A program made the translations under genes and the position numbers. This document shows positions 9,852 to 18,418 of a stretch of DNA of 64,000 nucleotides, one piece after another. The DNA is from a virus. Taxonomy: Duplodnaviria; Caudoviricetes. Below the pieces are notes generated by a model that had not been told where the DNA came from, did not search any database, and saw only the letters and a list, made by a program, of their open reading frames with translations. Location of the stretch: the IMG/VR virus record IMGVR_UViG_3300027971_000001; one strand, written 5' to 3'. The stretch's first letter is position 1. Every line of letters begins with the position of its first letter.

Positions 9852-10261
9852 ATACATCAAACAAAAAAAGAATAAGCAAAAACAAAGTTCGTACACCCAG
9901 TTATTTCATCAAGCGTCTCCGTGACAACGGATTCATTGTATGGAAACTGTTCCAGGAATATGCAAAAACAGATCCTCGTCTTTGGACCATCATTGTTGAT
10001 CCTTCTAACAGCAGTATTTTTATCACCTGTTATCAGAACAAGGATTTCAACGGAGATATCATGTTTGAAATAAATGATGGCGGAATTCGTTTCGTGAAGA
10101 ACTTCAGCCTGAGAACAGACAGCATTGAAAGTGTAATTCTTTTGCTTCTTGAAAAGAACATTGGCAATAATGCTAAAAATAGTAGATTTTTCAAAAAGAT
10201 GGTAAATAGTTCAAGTGAAAAGCCCTCGGAAGAAAAACAACAAGAACTCAACCTCGTCTAA
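9848..10261 (+). CDS. Hypothetical protein
   Basis: ATG 9848 gives an ATGA overlap with the clamp stop (alternative ATG 9836). Confidence 0.75.
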   Translation: MNTSNKKRISKNKVRTPSYFIKRLRDNGFIVWKLFQEYAKTDPRLWTIIVDPSNSSIFITCYQNKDFNGDIMFEINDGGIRFVKNFSLRTDSIESVILLLLEKNIGNNAKNSRFFKKMVNSSSEKPSEEKQQELNLV

Positions 10262-10577
10262 TTCTCTTTCTGCAAAACAGCCGACGAAATCAGTATCGGC
10301 AGAGAATATCGAAGGATTGATCAAAAGCACGTTGCACAATTATCTGCAACAAAAGATTAATTTAAAAACAGAAAGATCTGCTGATCTTACACATCTGGAC
10401 AGCATCATCAGCGAATATTTGGATTGTTTTATTATTATCGGATATGACATGGCAAATAGTCAGGTGAATTTTATCCATGCAAAAGATCAAAAAGATGCGG
10501 ATGCATTAAGCGCAGCAATCAATCGTTTCTTTTATCAGTCACAAAACAATATCAAACCAAAAAACAACGATGATTAA
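10215..10577 (+). CDS. Hypothetical protein
   Basis: 120 aa ORF in operon orientation; start uncertain. Confidence 0.7.
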   Translation: MKSPRKKNNKNSTSSNSLSAKQPTKSVSAENIEGLIKSTLHNYLQQKINLKTERSADLTHLDSIISEYLDCFIIIGYDMANSQVNFIHAKDQKDADALSAAINRFFYQSQNNIKPKNNDD

Positions 10578-11460
10578 TAATGCTCTTATCCTCGGAGGAG
10601 GATTTGTAGGAAAAAATATGGCAGCCAAACTGAAAAGTTTGGGTAATGTAAAAACCGTGGACATGGTTCGCCGGGAATTCTTAGATTATACACAACCAGA
10701 AAAACTCCGGGAATATCTGGAAAAAGGAAAGCCTGATTATTTGATCAATGCAGCAGGTTATACTGGATCACCAAACGTGGAAGGTTGTGAAACCAATTGG
10801 CAGGATTGTTATTTTTGGAATGTGGTTGTTCCTGTTCGTATTGCTAACATATGCAAAGAAATAGAAATCCCTTTTATTAATGTAGGAAGCGGATGCATTT
10901 ACGACAGCCAGGATAAAATTTACAGTGAATATGATATGCCTAATTTTGGAATTTTTAGCAATCGCAGCAGCTTTTACAGCAAAACCAAACATCTTTGTGA
11001 AGAAAAACTGGAAGATTATCCTGTTTACACCTTTCGTATTCGTATTCCTTACAATGACAGTTATGCAAGTAAAAACTATCTTTATAAACTTTTGAAATAT
11101 GACAATTTGATCAGCATGAAAAACAGTATCACCAGTATGAACCTTTTGAGTGAATTTACAGACTTCTTTATCAATTTGAAAGAAAAGCCCCGATATGGTG
11201 TTTATAATGTGGTGAATAATGATAGTATTCGAGGTGAAGACGTTATTCAATTGATGCGAGAAGAAGGGTTAGAAAACAAAAATTGGAAAATTCTAAGCTA
11301 TGAAGAGATGAACTTCAAAGTTAACCGAAGCAATTGCATGCTTTCGCCCATGAAAATTGAAAGTCTGGGTTATACGCCTAAAAATGTTATCGAGGATTTG
11401 AAGGAAAATATCAAAGGATTTAGTCATGCTGTCAAAGCTCTTCAAAAAGATAAGGTTTAA
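10570..11460 (+). CDS. SDR nucleotide-sugar epimerase/reductase, NRS/ER type (RmlD_sub_bind-like; rhamnose synthesis)
   Basis: GGGFVG, INAAGYTGSPNVEGCE (cf. TGxPNVDxCE of plant/giant-virus NRS/ER), GSGCIY, YSKTK and RIRIP. Confidence 0.85.
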   Translation: MINNALILGGGFVGKNMAAKLKSLGNVKTVDMVRREFLDYTQPEKLREYLEKGKPDYLINAAGYTGSPNVEGCETNWQDCYFWNVVVPVRIANICKEIEIPFINVGSGCIYDSQDKIYSEYDMPNFGIFSNRSSFYSKTKHLCEEKLEDYPVYTFRIRIPYNDSYASKNYLYKLLKYDNLISMKNSITSMNLLSEFTDFFINLKEKPRYGVYNVVNNDSIRGEDVIQLMREEGLENKNWKILSYEEMNFKVNRSNCMLSPMKIESLGYTPKNVIEDLKENIKGFSHAVKALQKDKV

Positions 11461-11701
11461 AACTTATAAAAAAGGTGCCTTTTTTGCAATATTAAAAGGC
11501 AAATATGCAGGTGAATTTTGGGTGGTTATAGACAGTGATGATAACGAATATCGTTTTTTGAGTTTGCCTAATCTTATTAAAAGAAATGCTCCTCTTGGAA
11601 AAGTTGATATTGGAATTAATGCTAAAATAATCGATTTTATTCAAAATCTTCCAAATAAGGTGTTTAAAGTTTGCGAATTACAGTATAAAAATATAAAATA
11701 A
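11426..11701 (+). CDS. Hypothetical protein (91 aa)
   Basis: ORF in operon orientation. Confidence 0.6.
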   Translation: MLSKLFKKIRFKTYKKGAFFAILKGKYAGEFWVVIDSDDNEYRFLSLPNLIKRNAPLGKVDIGINAKIIDFIQNLPNKVFKVCELQYKNIK

Positions 11702-11702
11702 T

Positions 11703-11710
11703 TATAAATA
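11703..11710 (+). promoter_or_regulatory. T4-type late promoter TATAAATA
   Basis: Exact T4 late consensus, 5 nt before ATG 11716. Confidence 0.75.
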
Positions 11711-11715
11711 ATAAT

Positions 11716-11901
11716 ATGATCAAAAACGTACCATTTGTGCAGCCCAAACCTCAAGTAAGTCCTATTTCAGGACAATTGACAAGACCTATTATTGTGGAAC
11801 GTCAAGTAGGCAAAAATGTTATGAAAGAAGCACAATGGATTGATCCTGCTTCTGGAACACTCTTTCTGCGCGGTATTGTGAGTGTAGAAGAGAAAAAATA
11901 A
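11716..11901 (+). CDS. Small hypothetical late protein (61 aa)
   Basis: Perfect TATAAATA at 11703-11710, 5 nt before the ATG. Confidence 0.75.
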   Translation: MIKNVPFVQPKPQVSPISGQLTRPIIVERQVGKNVMKEAQWIDPASGTLFLRGIVSVEEKK

Positions 11902-11910
11902 CCTTTTACC

Positions 11911-13269
11911 GTGAGTCGTGCAAGCATACTTGGAACATTGGGATTATCTGGATTTAACATCCAGGGAACAGTTCTTGTAAGCCGAGGAAGCACAGCCCAG
12001 CCAACATTCAGCGCGGCTCCAGTCACATCAGGTGTTTCTAATTTAAATTTTGACAGAAGCGGTCCTTTAACAAGAATAGCATCAAATGCCAGCACAGGCG
12101 TAGTTACACTTTCAGCAGTACCAAGCCTTACAGATCTTCAGGCAGCTGATTGGACTGATGGAAGTAACATATCAAACTGGGGTACATTGCAATCTTATCT
12201 GAGTGCAGTTGCTTATAGTAATCGAAACATTTCAGCCAGTGCTGTGACCATGCGCCTTTTTGGAACCACAAGGGGATATAGCGTTTCAATGCAAGTACAT
12301 CCCAATGGAAAAATATACATGTTTCCCGCAGATATCACACAAACCACACATGGTTATGTGATTGATCCTGAAGGTGAACGTATCATAACAACATTTTTTT
12401 ACACGAGTGGTGTAACAAGAGCAATGCTGGCACCCAATGGAAAATTCTACATGGGGGGTATATCTACTCGTCTTATTGTTCTGGATCCTAGCACCGATAC
12501 GGTTAATCAAACCATAAACACTTCACCAGTTACTTTCGGTTATCCGACCTTGGCCAGAAATGGTAAATTTTATGAAGCTGGATCTGCAATTATTGGAGTT
12601 TTTGATCCTGCAAATAATACAACCACAACTATTGCAGCACCAGCTTTTAATGCAAGTCTTAATGTTAATGGAAGCCAACTTGCTCCCAACGGAAAAATAT
12701 ACTATGCTCCTTATTTTGGCACAGTGTTTGCAGTAATTGATCCAGAAGCAGGAACAGGTGCAACTTATGGTTTTGCCGGAGGATTTTCATATGCTGGATT
12801 GCCTTCATTTAGCATGGTTTTCGAAGGAATGGTACTTGCTCCTAACGGGAAACTATATTGTATTCCTCATAATGTTCCCAGTACTAGTGGAGCTGTTACA
12901 GCAGGACCAATCGGAATTATAAATCCAGATGATAACACCACCACAACCATAGCAAGTTGGATAGGAAGTGGAACAAGCGGAGTAAATTGTCAAACTGCAT
13001 TTCTTGCTCCGAATGGAAAAATATATACAGCGCCCAATCAAGACACTTTTGTGGTTATTATAGATCCTGAAACAAATACCACTACAAAATTAATTGGAAA
13101 TACATTTGGATTTTCTTCTTTACAATCTCAAGGAGGTGTGATGCATCCGAATGGAAAAGCATTTTTTGTTCCTTATTATACTACAGCAATAGGAGTCATG
13201 TATTTCAATTTAAACAATAATTGGAATATAAATGTTTGTACCAATCCAATGTTTAACAAACAAATTTAA
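11911..13269 (+). CDS. Beta-propeller protein, paralog 1 (putative receptor-binding/fibre tip)
   Basis: Seven xPNGK/ARNGK blade-like repeats, each followed by IDP/LDP; N- and C-terminal motifs shared with paralogs 2 and 3. Confidence 0.75.
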   Translation: MSRASILGTLGLSGFNIQGTVLVSRGSTAQPTFSAAPVTSGVSNLNFDRSGPLTRIASNASTGVVTLSAVPSLTDLQAADWTDGSNISNWGTLQSYLSAVAYSNRNISASAVTMRLFGTTRGYSVSMQVHPNGKIYMFPADITQTTHGYVIDPEGERIITTFFYTSGVTRAMLAPNGKFYMGGISTRLIVLDPSTDTVNQTINTSPVTFGYPTLARNGKFYEAGSAIIGVFDPANNTTTTIAAPAFNASLNVNGSQLAPNGKIYYAPYFGTVFAVIDPEAGTGATYGFAGGFSYAGLPSFSMVFEGMVLAPNGKLYCIPHNVPSTSGAVTAGPIGIINPDDNTTTTIASWIGSGTSGVNCQTAFLAPNGKIYTAPNQDTFVVIIDPETNTTTKLIGNTFGFSSLQSQGGVMHPNGKAFFVPYYTTAIGVMYFNLNNNWNINVCTNPMFNKQI

Positions 13270-13281
13270 TAAATATATTAT

Positions 13282-13656
13282 ATGACAATTTACGTTGATT
13301 GCGGAACATATTACGAAACAGGCGATGCAGTGATTTGCCGCATGCGCAAAGATCAACCTTATTATCCTTTTAGTGGAGGTAGCATTACATGGGAACAATA
13401 TGTAAACCAACAAGTTGCACAAGGATTGGCTCAAGTTGTTCAACTAATCAATGATCCCACTCGTCTGGCCACTTACTGGAATGATGTAATCATCAAACGG
13501 AACGGTCTTCTTGTGGAAAGTGATTGGACACAGCTTCGCGACGTTTCCCTTGGTGATAATCCTGAATGGGTAAGTTATCGTCAGCAATTGCGTGATATTC
13601 CTCAGACATATGCCAGTGATCCTCGTTTGATTGTTTGGCCTGTTAAACCTAGCTAA
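13282..13656 (+). CDS. Tail fibre assembly chaperone (Phage_tail_APC-like)
   Basis: RNGLLVESDWTQLRD...WVSYRQQLRDIPQ...WPVKP is the characteristic signature; AATAAATA 6 nt upstream. Confidence 0.88.
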   Translation: MTIYVDCGTYYETGDAVICRMRKDQPYYPFSGGSITWEQYVNQQVAQGLAQVVQLINDPTRLATYWNDVIIKRNGLLVESDWTQLRDVSLGDNPEWVSYRQQLRDIPQTYASDPRLIVWPVKPS

Positions 13657-13711
13657 ATCATATATAAATTTTGATGTTTTTCGTTAAATAATATTATATT
13701 ATTTTAACGAT

Positions 13712-15064
13712 ATGAGCAACGCATATAATCTAAGTCTTTTAGCATCAAGAAACAATCTGGGAAATGCTGGGGTTGTCTTCATCAGTCAAGGAAATGATAT
13801 TGCTCCATCTTTGGGTCCGCTAAGTGCCGGTGTTTTGAGTTTAAGTGGAATAAACCAGCTTACCAGTCAAATAGGTGTAAACAAATCAACAGGGGTTGTT
13901 ACCATATCCGCAGAACCTCATTTGTGTGAATTGGGTGTGCCAGGATGGGATAAAGGACAGCACATAACACAATGGAGCACATTGCAAAAATATCTGAGTG
14001 CAACAGCCCTAACCAATAGTACTATTCCTGCAAGTGCTGCTTTTGTTGAATATTTCGGAACTGTACCAGGATTTGGTGGGGCTCAAAATTATGAAGGAGG
14101 TACTTTGGCTCCCAACGGAAAAATATATTGTTTTCCAGAAAATGCAACAACCGCCCTACTTATAGATCCTGTAACAAATACTATAACAACATTCGGAAGT
14201 TTTCCGGGAGGATCACTTAGTAATAAATTTCAAGGATCTGTTTTGGCTCCCAACGGAAAAATATATGGAATTCCTTGTGGTAATACTGCAGGAGGAGGTG
14301 GGGCTCAATCTGTGTTTTATTTTATAGATCCGTCCACAACAACAGTTTCAGCTTTTGCAACTGTCGCCAACATTGCAGGTACAAATGCATATCAGGGAGG
14401 AATTCTTCATCCAAATGGAAAAATTTATATGACTCCCGAAGCAGGATCAGTCGTTCATTATATCGATCCACAACTTAATACTGTTGTGGCTTTTGCAACA
14501 ATTTCCTTCAACAATTTTTATGCACTTTCAAAAGCAGCATTGGCTCCTAATGGAAAAATATATTTTGGAATAAACTCCGGAAGTGTGGGACGTATTTTGG
14601 ATCCAAGTACCAACACATTTGGAACATATGCTCCAGTAGGAGGATTTCCCGCAAATCTAGCTTCAAATGGTATTACTCTTGCACCTGATGGAAAATTATA
14701 TCTTACACCGAGCAACTCAATAGCGTATCTTGTGGATCCGGATAATGATTCAGTTACATCCTATGCAACTGGTCCGTCAATAACAGGAAACATAAGCACA
14801 TTCGGAGGAAAGCTTGCTCCGAATGGAAAAATATATTTTACATCTTGGGTGGGTACATATTTTGGAGTTTTGGATCCTGAAAATCTAACAGTCACAAGAT
14901 TGGGAACAGTTGCATCTGTTGCTTATCTTGATATGGTTGTTACCCCTAATGGTAAATTGGTTTTCATACCCGCAGCGGCAACAACAGTAACAGCTTATAA
15001 TCTTCTTTTAAACAATAATTGGAATATGAATATTTGTACTAATCCTTTGTTTAACACAAATTAA
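13712..15064 (+). CDS. Beta-propeller protein, paralog 2
   Basis: Repeated LAPNGKIY/HPNGKIY/APDGKLY blades; ends NNNWNMNICTNPLFN. Confidence 0.75.
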   Translation: MSNAYNLSLLASRNNLGNAGVVFISQGNDIAPSLGPLSAGVLSLSGINQLTSQIGVNKSTGVVTISAEPHLCELGVPGWDKGQHITQWSTLQKYLSATALTNSTIPASAAFVEYFGTVPGFGGAQNYEGGTLAPNGKIYCFPENATTALLIDPVTNTITTFGSFPGGSLSNKFQGSVLAPNGKIYGIPCGNTAGGGGAQSVFYFIDPSTTTVSAFATVANIAGTNAYQGGILHPNGKIYMTPEAGSVVHYIDPQLNTVVAFATISFNNFYALSKAALAPNGKIYFGINSGSVGRILDPSTNTFGTYAPVGGFPANLASNGITLAPDGKLYLTPSNSIAYLVDPDNDSVTSYATGPSITGNISTFGGKLAPNGKIYFTSWVGTYFGVLDPENLTVTRLGTVASVAYLDMVVTPNGKLVFIPAAATTVTAYNLLLNNNWNMNICTNPLFNTN

Positions 15065-15072
15065 ATAAAATC

Positions 15073-16389
15073 ATGAGTAATGCAACAAATCTGGCACTTT
15101 TGGGACTGAGCAGCTTCGGCAATGCCGGAAATGTTTTGACCAGCACCGGTGAAACCACTGCCCCAGCATTCAGTGCAAGCAGTGTGGGTGTACGAGAAAT
15201 CCGTGTTGTAAATCAGGTTCTTAGTCGATTGGGCGTTAATAGAAGCACAGGAAATGTTAGTGTCAGCGCTCTTCCTGATATCAGTGAAATTGCTGTTCCA
15301 AGCTGGCTGAACGGTGGTCACATCAGTGATTGGAGCACGTTGCAATATTATCTGAGTGCAGTTGCTGCTACGAATACAAGTCCGGCCAGCGCTGGTTTTG
15401 TTGAATATCTATCCGTTGTTCAAGAGTATAACAAAGGAATGGTTCTAGCACCTAACGGAAAAATGTACACAGCCCCTCATGGTGCAGGAGTAGGAACGAC
15501 ATATGGTTTGATAATTGATCCTTCCAGCAATACAATTTCTTCATATATAGCCACAATAGTAGCGTTGGGTAGTCTAACTACTGATGCATTTTATGGTTCA
15601 GTTTTAGCACCAAATGGAAAAATTTATTTTGTTCCAGACAGGGCAACTGTCGGTGCATTAGTCGATCCTTCAACTAATACAGTTTCAACTTTTGGAACTT
15701 TGCCAGCATTTGGTGCCGGAACAAATGCTTTTGGTTATGCAATTTCTGCTCCAAATGGAAAAATATATCTTATTCCTGAAAATTCAACTATAGGAAGAAC
15801 AATTGATCCAAACACAAATACATTTGGAACTTATCCAAGCAGCAATTGGTCAGGAGGTTTAAGTTATCATAGTACAGCAGCTCTTGCTCCTAATGGAAGA
15901 ATATATGTGTTTCCTAACATAAGTACACTTGTTGCTAAAATTGATCCAAGTAATGATTCAACCACAGTAATTTTATCAAATGTTAAAAACATTGCAGGAT
16001 CTGTTCTTGCTCCAAATGGAAATATATATTTGTTTCCAAATACTTCTTCTCAAAAAATTATAAAATTCGATCCTAATTCAGAAACAGTTTCAACTATTGC
16101 AGCAACAAATCCTAGTGGAGGTCCTGCATGTTTGCTTCCAAATGGAAAAATATTTTATGGAGGATACTCCAATACGTTAGCGGCAATTTTCGATCCATCC
16201 AATGAAACCATACAAACAATTTGTACAATAGGAGGTGTTCCTCCAACTTATGCTGGTTGGAATGTAGCACCAAATGGAAAAGTGTATGGATTGCCCTTTA
16301 GTACCAGTAATATTATATGTATTAATTTTTTAAACAAAAATAATTGGAATCTGAATGTTGCAACAAATCCAATGTTCAACAAAAACTGA
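15073..16389 (+). CDS. Beta-propeller protein, paralog 3
   Basis: Repeated LAPNGK blades; ends NNWNLNVATNPMFN; ATTAAATA 5 nt upstream. Confidence 0.75.
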   Translation: MSNATNLALLGLSSFGNAGNVLTSTGETTAPAFSASSVGVREIRVVNQVLSRLGVNRSTGNVSVSALPDISEIAVPSWLNGGHISDWSTLQYYLSAVAATNTSPASAGFVEYLSVVQEYNKGMVLAPNGKMYTAPHGAGVGTTYGLIIDPSSNTISSYIATIVALGSLTTDAFYGSVLAPNGKIYFVPDRATVGALVDPSTNTVSTFGTLPAFGAGTNAFGYAISAPNGKIYLIPENSTIGRTIDPNTNTFGTYPSSNWSGGLSYHSTAALAPNGRIYVFPNISTLVAKIDPSNDSTTVILSNVKNIAGSVLAPNGNIYLFPNTSSQKIIKFDPNSETVSTIAATNPSGGPACLLPNGKIFYGGYSNTLAAIFDPSNETIQTICTIGGVPPTYAGWNVAPNGKVYGLPFSTSNIICINFLNKNNWNLNVATNPMFNKN

Positions 16390-16518
16390 TTATTTTTTCT
16401 TTTTCCTGTCCCAACGAATCTGATCGTAATTTTCCCAAAACTTTTTGCTAATATTTCTTGGTTTATCCCCTTTGCCGTTTTGAACCGTGTTTAGTTTAGC
16501 GCTTTTTTCCTTACTCAT
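16390..16518 (-). CDS. Small basic protein (42 aa) with GKGDKPR motif; not in the ORF track
   Basis: Manual translation MSKEKSAKLNTVQNGKGDKPRNISKKFWENYDQIRWDRKKKK; start overlaps the end of the zinc-ribbon gene and the ORF fills the gap exactly. Confidence 0.7.
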   Translation of the reverse strand: MSKEKSAKLNTVQNGKGDKPRNISKKFWENYDQIRWDRKKKK

Positions 16519-16729
16519 AATCATCTAAATTTAAAAGATCCTCTTCCTCTGTCAACATAGCATCTGCTTTTTTGCTAATTGCCACAATACTGTCATCAAA
16601 TCGATAATTTCCACAAAAAACGCAAAAAGGACTTTCTTTAGCATTTACATTATCACAAGCTTCACATAATTTATAATAAAAAGGATGCTTCTTCACATCC
16701 TGAATCCACCGCTTTTGTTTGTTATTCAC
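16511..16729 (-). CDS. Zinc-ribbon protein (72 aa)
   Basis: CEAC-x9-CVFC; TATAAATA on the minus strand at 16748-16741. Confidence 0.75.
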   Translation of the reverse strand: MNNKQKRWIQDVKKHPFYYKLCEACDNVNAKESPFCVFCGNYRFDDSIVAISKKADAMLTEEEDLLNLDDYE

Positions 16730-16747
16730 GTTCTGTTAAATATTTAT

Positions 16748-16945
16748 ATGGGGAAAGATGATAAAATAGAGGCTGTTGTTACGCAAAAAATCACTGCTGA
16801 TTTTATTCTGAAAATATATGATAATTACAAAAAAGAAAAAAATGTCAAAAAGAAAAAAGAAATGTATGAAAAATTGCAATTATTATCAAAAAACCTTAAT
16901 CAATACTTAGTAGTGCCTAAAGATTATGATAAATATTACAACTAA
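16748..16945 (+). CDS. Hypothetical basic protein (65 aa)
   Basis: Preferred start ATG 16748 (MGKDDK), 5 nt after GTTAAATA. Confidence 0.65.
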   Translation: MGKDDKIEAVVTQKITADFILKIYDNYKKEKNVKKKKEMYEKLQLLSKNLNQYLVVPKDYDKYYN

Positions 16946-17196
16946 TGAATAAAAGACCCAGCAACGATAATGATATTAAAGGAATTTATGAAAGTGATGT
17001 ACGCAATACCGGCATCATGAGTGCGCCGGATGCAAGCAAAATAAATCCAGGAATTAACCGGGATAGTGGAGCTAGCCAGAACATTTACACACCAAATGAC
17101 TATCGGATCGGGGAAAATGAAGAAGGTGAGAAAGAAAGCAAGGTATTGGAAGCGTTGAAAAAAATTAAAGAGATTTTAAATAATCTTGATCTATGA
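16945..17196 (+). CDS. Hypothetical protein (83 aa)
   Basis: TAATG coupling upstream, ATGA coupling to the GH108 gene; GATAAATA at 16928-16935. Confidence 0.7.
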   Translation: MNKRPSNDNDIKGIYESDVRNTGIMSAPDASKINPGINRDSGASQNIYTPNDYRIGENEEGEKESKVLEALKKIKEILNNLDL

Positions 17197-17726
17197 ATGA
17201 AATAAAAATCTCGGAAAATAAAAGTCCGGAATTTGAAACAGCCATGAAGTTTGTGCGGGAAGCAGAAGGTGGTTATTATAACCATCCAAATGATCCTGGC
17301 GGTGAAACAATGTATGGTCTTACCAAACGGGATTATCCTCTTTTTGATATTAAAAATCTGACAAGGGAACAAGCAGATGAAGTATTTTGGCAAGATTATT
17401 GGCTGAAAAGCAATGCTTATCTGATACCTTATCCTGCATATATTAGCTTTTTTGATAGCGTTGTGAACACAGGCAGAACGCAGGCCAATAAATTCCTGCA
17501 ACGTGTGGTGGGTGCTACTGCAGACGGTATTGTTGGACCATATACCCGCAGTCTAATGAGCAAAAAAGATCCTGTTGATGTTGCATATGGCATAATTGAT
17601 CAACGGCAAACATTTTATAATAATTTGGCAGAAAATCGTCCAAAATTATCAGTATTCCTCAAAGGTTGGACCAATCGCAACAAGAATCTGCGCAATTATA
17701 TTCAAAATCTTTTGAAAAACGCTTGA
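17193..17726 (+). CDS. Glycoside hydrolase family 108 muramidase with PG-binding C-terminus (endolysin candidate)
   Basis: EAEGGYYNHPNDPGGETMYGLT (EGG motif), FDSVVNTG, LQRVVG...DGIVGP.T and FLKGWTNR. Confidence 0.92.
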   Translation: MNEIKISENKSPEFETAMKFVREAEGGYYNHPNDPGGETMYGLTKRDYPLFDIKNLTREQADEVFWQDYWLKSNAYLIPYPAYISFFDSVVNTGRTQANKFLQRVVGATADGIVGPYTRSLMSKKDPVDVAYGIIDQRQTFYNNLAENRPKLSVFLKGWTNRNKNLRNYIQNLLKNA

Positions 17727-17771
17727 GTTTTTTTATCAAAAGATAAATATTATTAACAAAACAAATACTAT

Positions 17772-17819
17772 TTTGTAAAGATTACCTTTACAAACTTTTT
17801 GACCTGTTATAATCAGGTC
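17772..17819 (+). promoter_or_regulatory. Two tandem inverted repeats overlapping a sigma70-like promoter TTTACA-15-TATAAT
   Basis: TTTGTAAAG/CTTTACAAA (17772-17794); GACCTG/CAGGTC (17801-17819) with TATAAT in the loop. Confidence 0.55.
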
Positions 17820-17827
17820 TCCTTATT

Positions 17828-18418
17828 ATGAAAAAAACCATCTTAGCCACAGCTTTAGCCCTGACCCTAGTAAACGGGTTTTCAGATATTTCAGTTCCGC
17901 CTAAAAAAGGTTTGCAACCAAATCTAACAAGCACTGAATTCAAAACATTCATGGGTGATGTCAGTAAACTTACCCGAAGCTATAGTAGTGGGGTTTGCGC
18001 CAAGTTCACAACTGCTCTTTTGGACAATCTTCATGAACGCAATGAAAAAGCTTTTCCTCAATTGGATCTTAGGGAAGGTGGGATTGTTAAAGGAAGAGCA
18101 GGTCGGCAAACATATCCAATCACCACATCCAGCAACGAGATAATTTACGCCAAAAACTATAAAACAGTGTTTCAAAGTCGTAAAGATTTTGAAAAAATCA
18201 CTCAAAATGATGTGTTAAACTTGCCTGAAAACACACTTGTTATTGCTGTATACCAACCAAAAAGTTCAGGCAGACCAGGTCACATAGAAGTTATTTTTAA
18301 AAGAAATAACAGGCTATATGCAGCATCAGATAAGCTTGACAAACCCATGTTTTTTTGCAATAAACTCTACAAACAAGTGGACTTCTATTATCCAATAAGA
18401 GAGGATAGGCAATCATGA
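17828..18418 (+). CDS. Signal-peptide protein with NlpC/P60-CHAP-like Cys/His motifs (putative amidase/peptidase)
   Basis: N-terminus MKKTILATALALTLVNG; SSGVCAKFTTAL (Cys) and GRPGHIEVI (His). Confidence 0.6.
   Translation: MKKTILATALALTLVNGFSDISVPPKKGLQPNLTSTEFKTFMGDVSKLTRSYSSGVCAKFTTALLDNLHERNEKAFPQLDLREGGIVKGRAGRQTYPITTSSNEIIYAKNYKTVFQSRKDFEKITQNDVLNLPENTLVIAVYQPKSSGRPGHIEVIFKRNNRLYAASDKLDKPMFFCNKLYKQVDFYYPIREDRQS

Noticed and set aside
11911-16389. Diversity-generating retroelement or shufflon acting on the propeller genes
   Set aside because: No reverse transcriptase or invertase in the window, no near-identical template/variable repeat pair differing at adenines, and all copies are in the same orientation.
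11911-16389. CCnAATGGAAAA repeats as a CRISPR or DNA repeat array
   Set aside because: They are codons for PNGK in propeller blades, irregularly spaced and synonymously variable.
17727-17827. tRNA or structured ncRNA in the longer intergenic gaps (also 27337-27447, 28942-29019)
   Set aside because: Only short isolated hairpins; no cloverleaf, T-loop or CCA pattern found.
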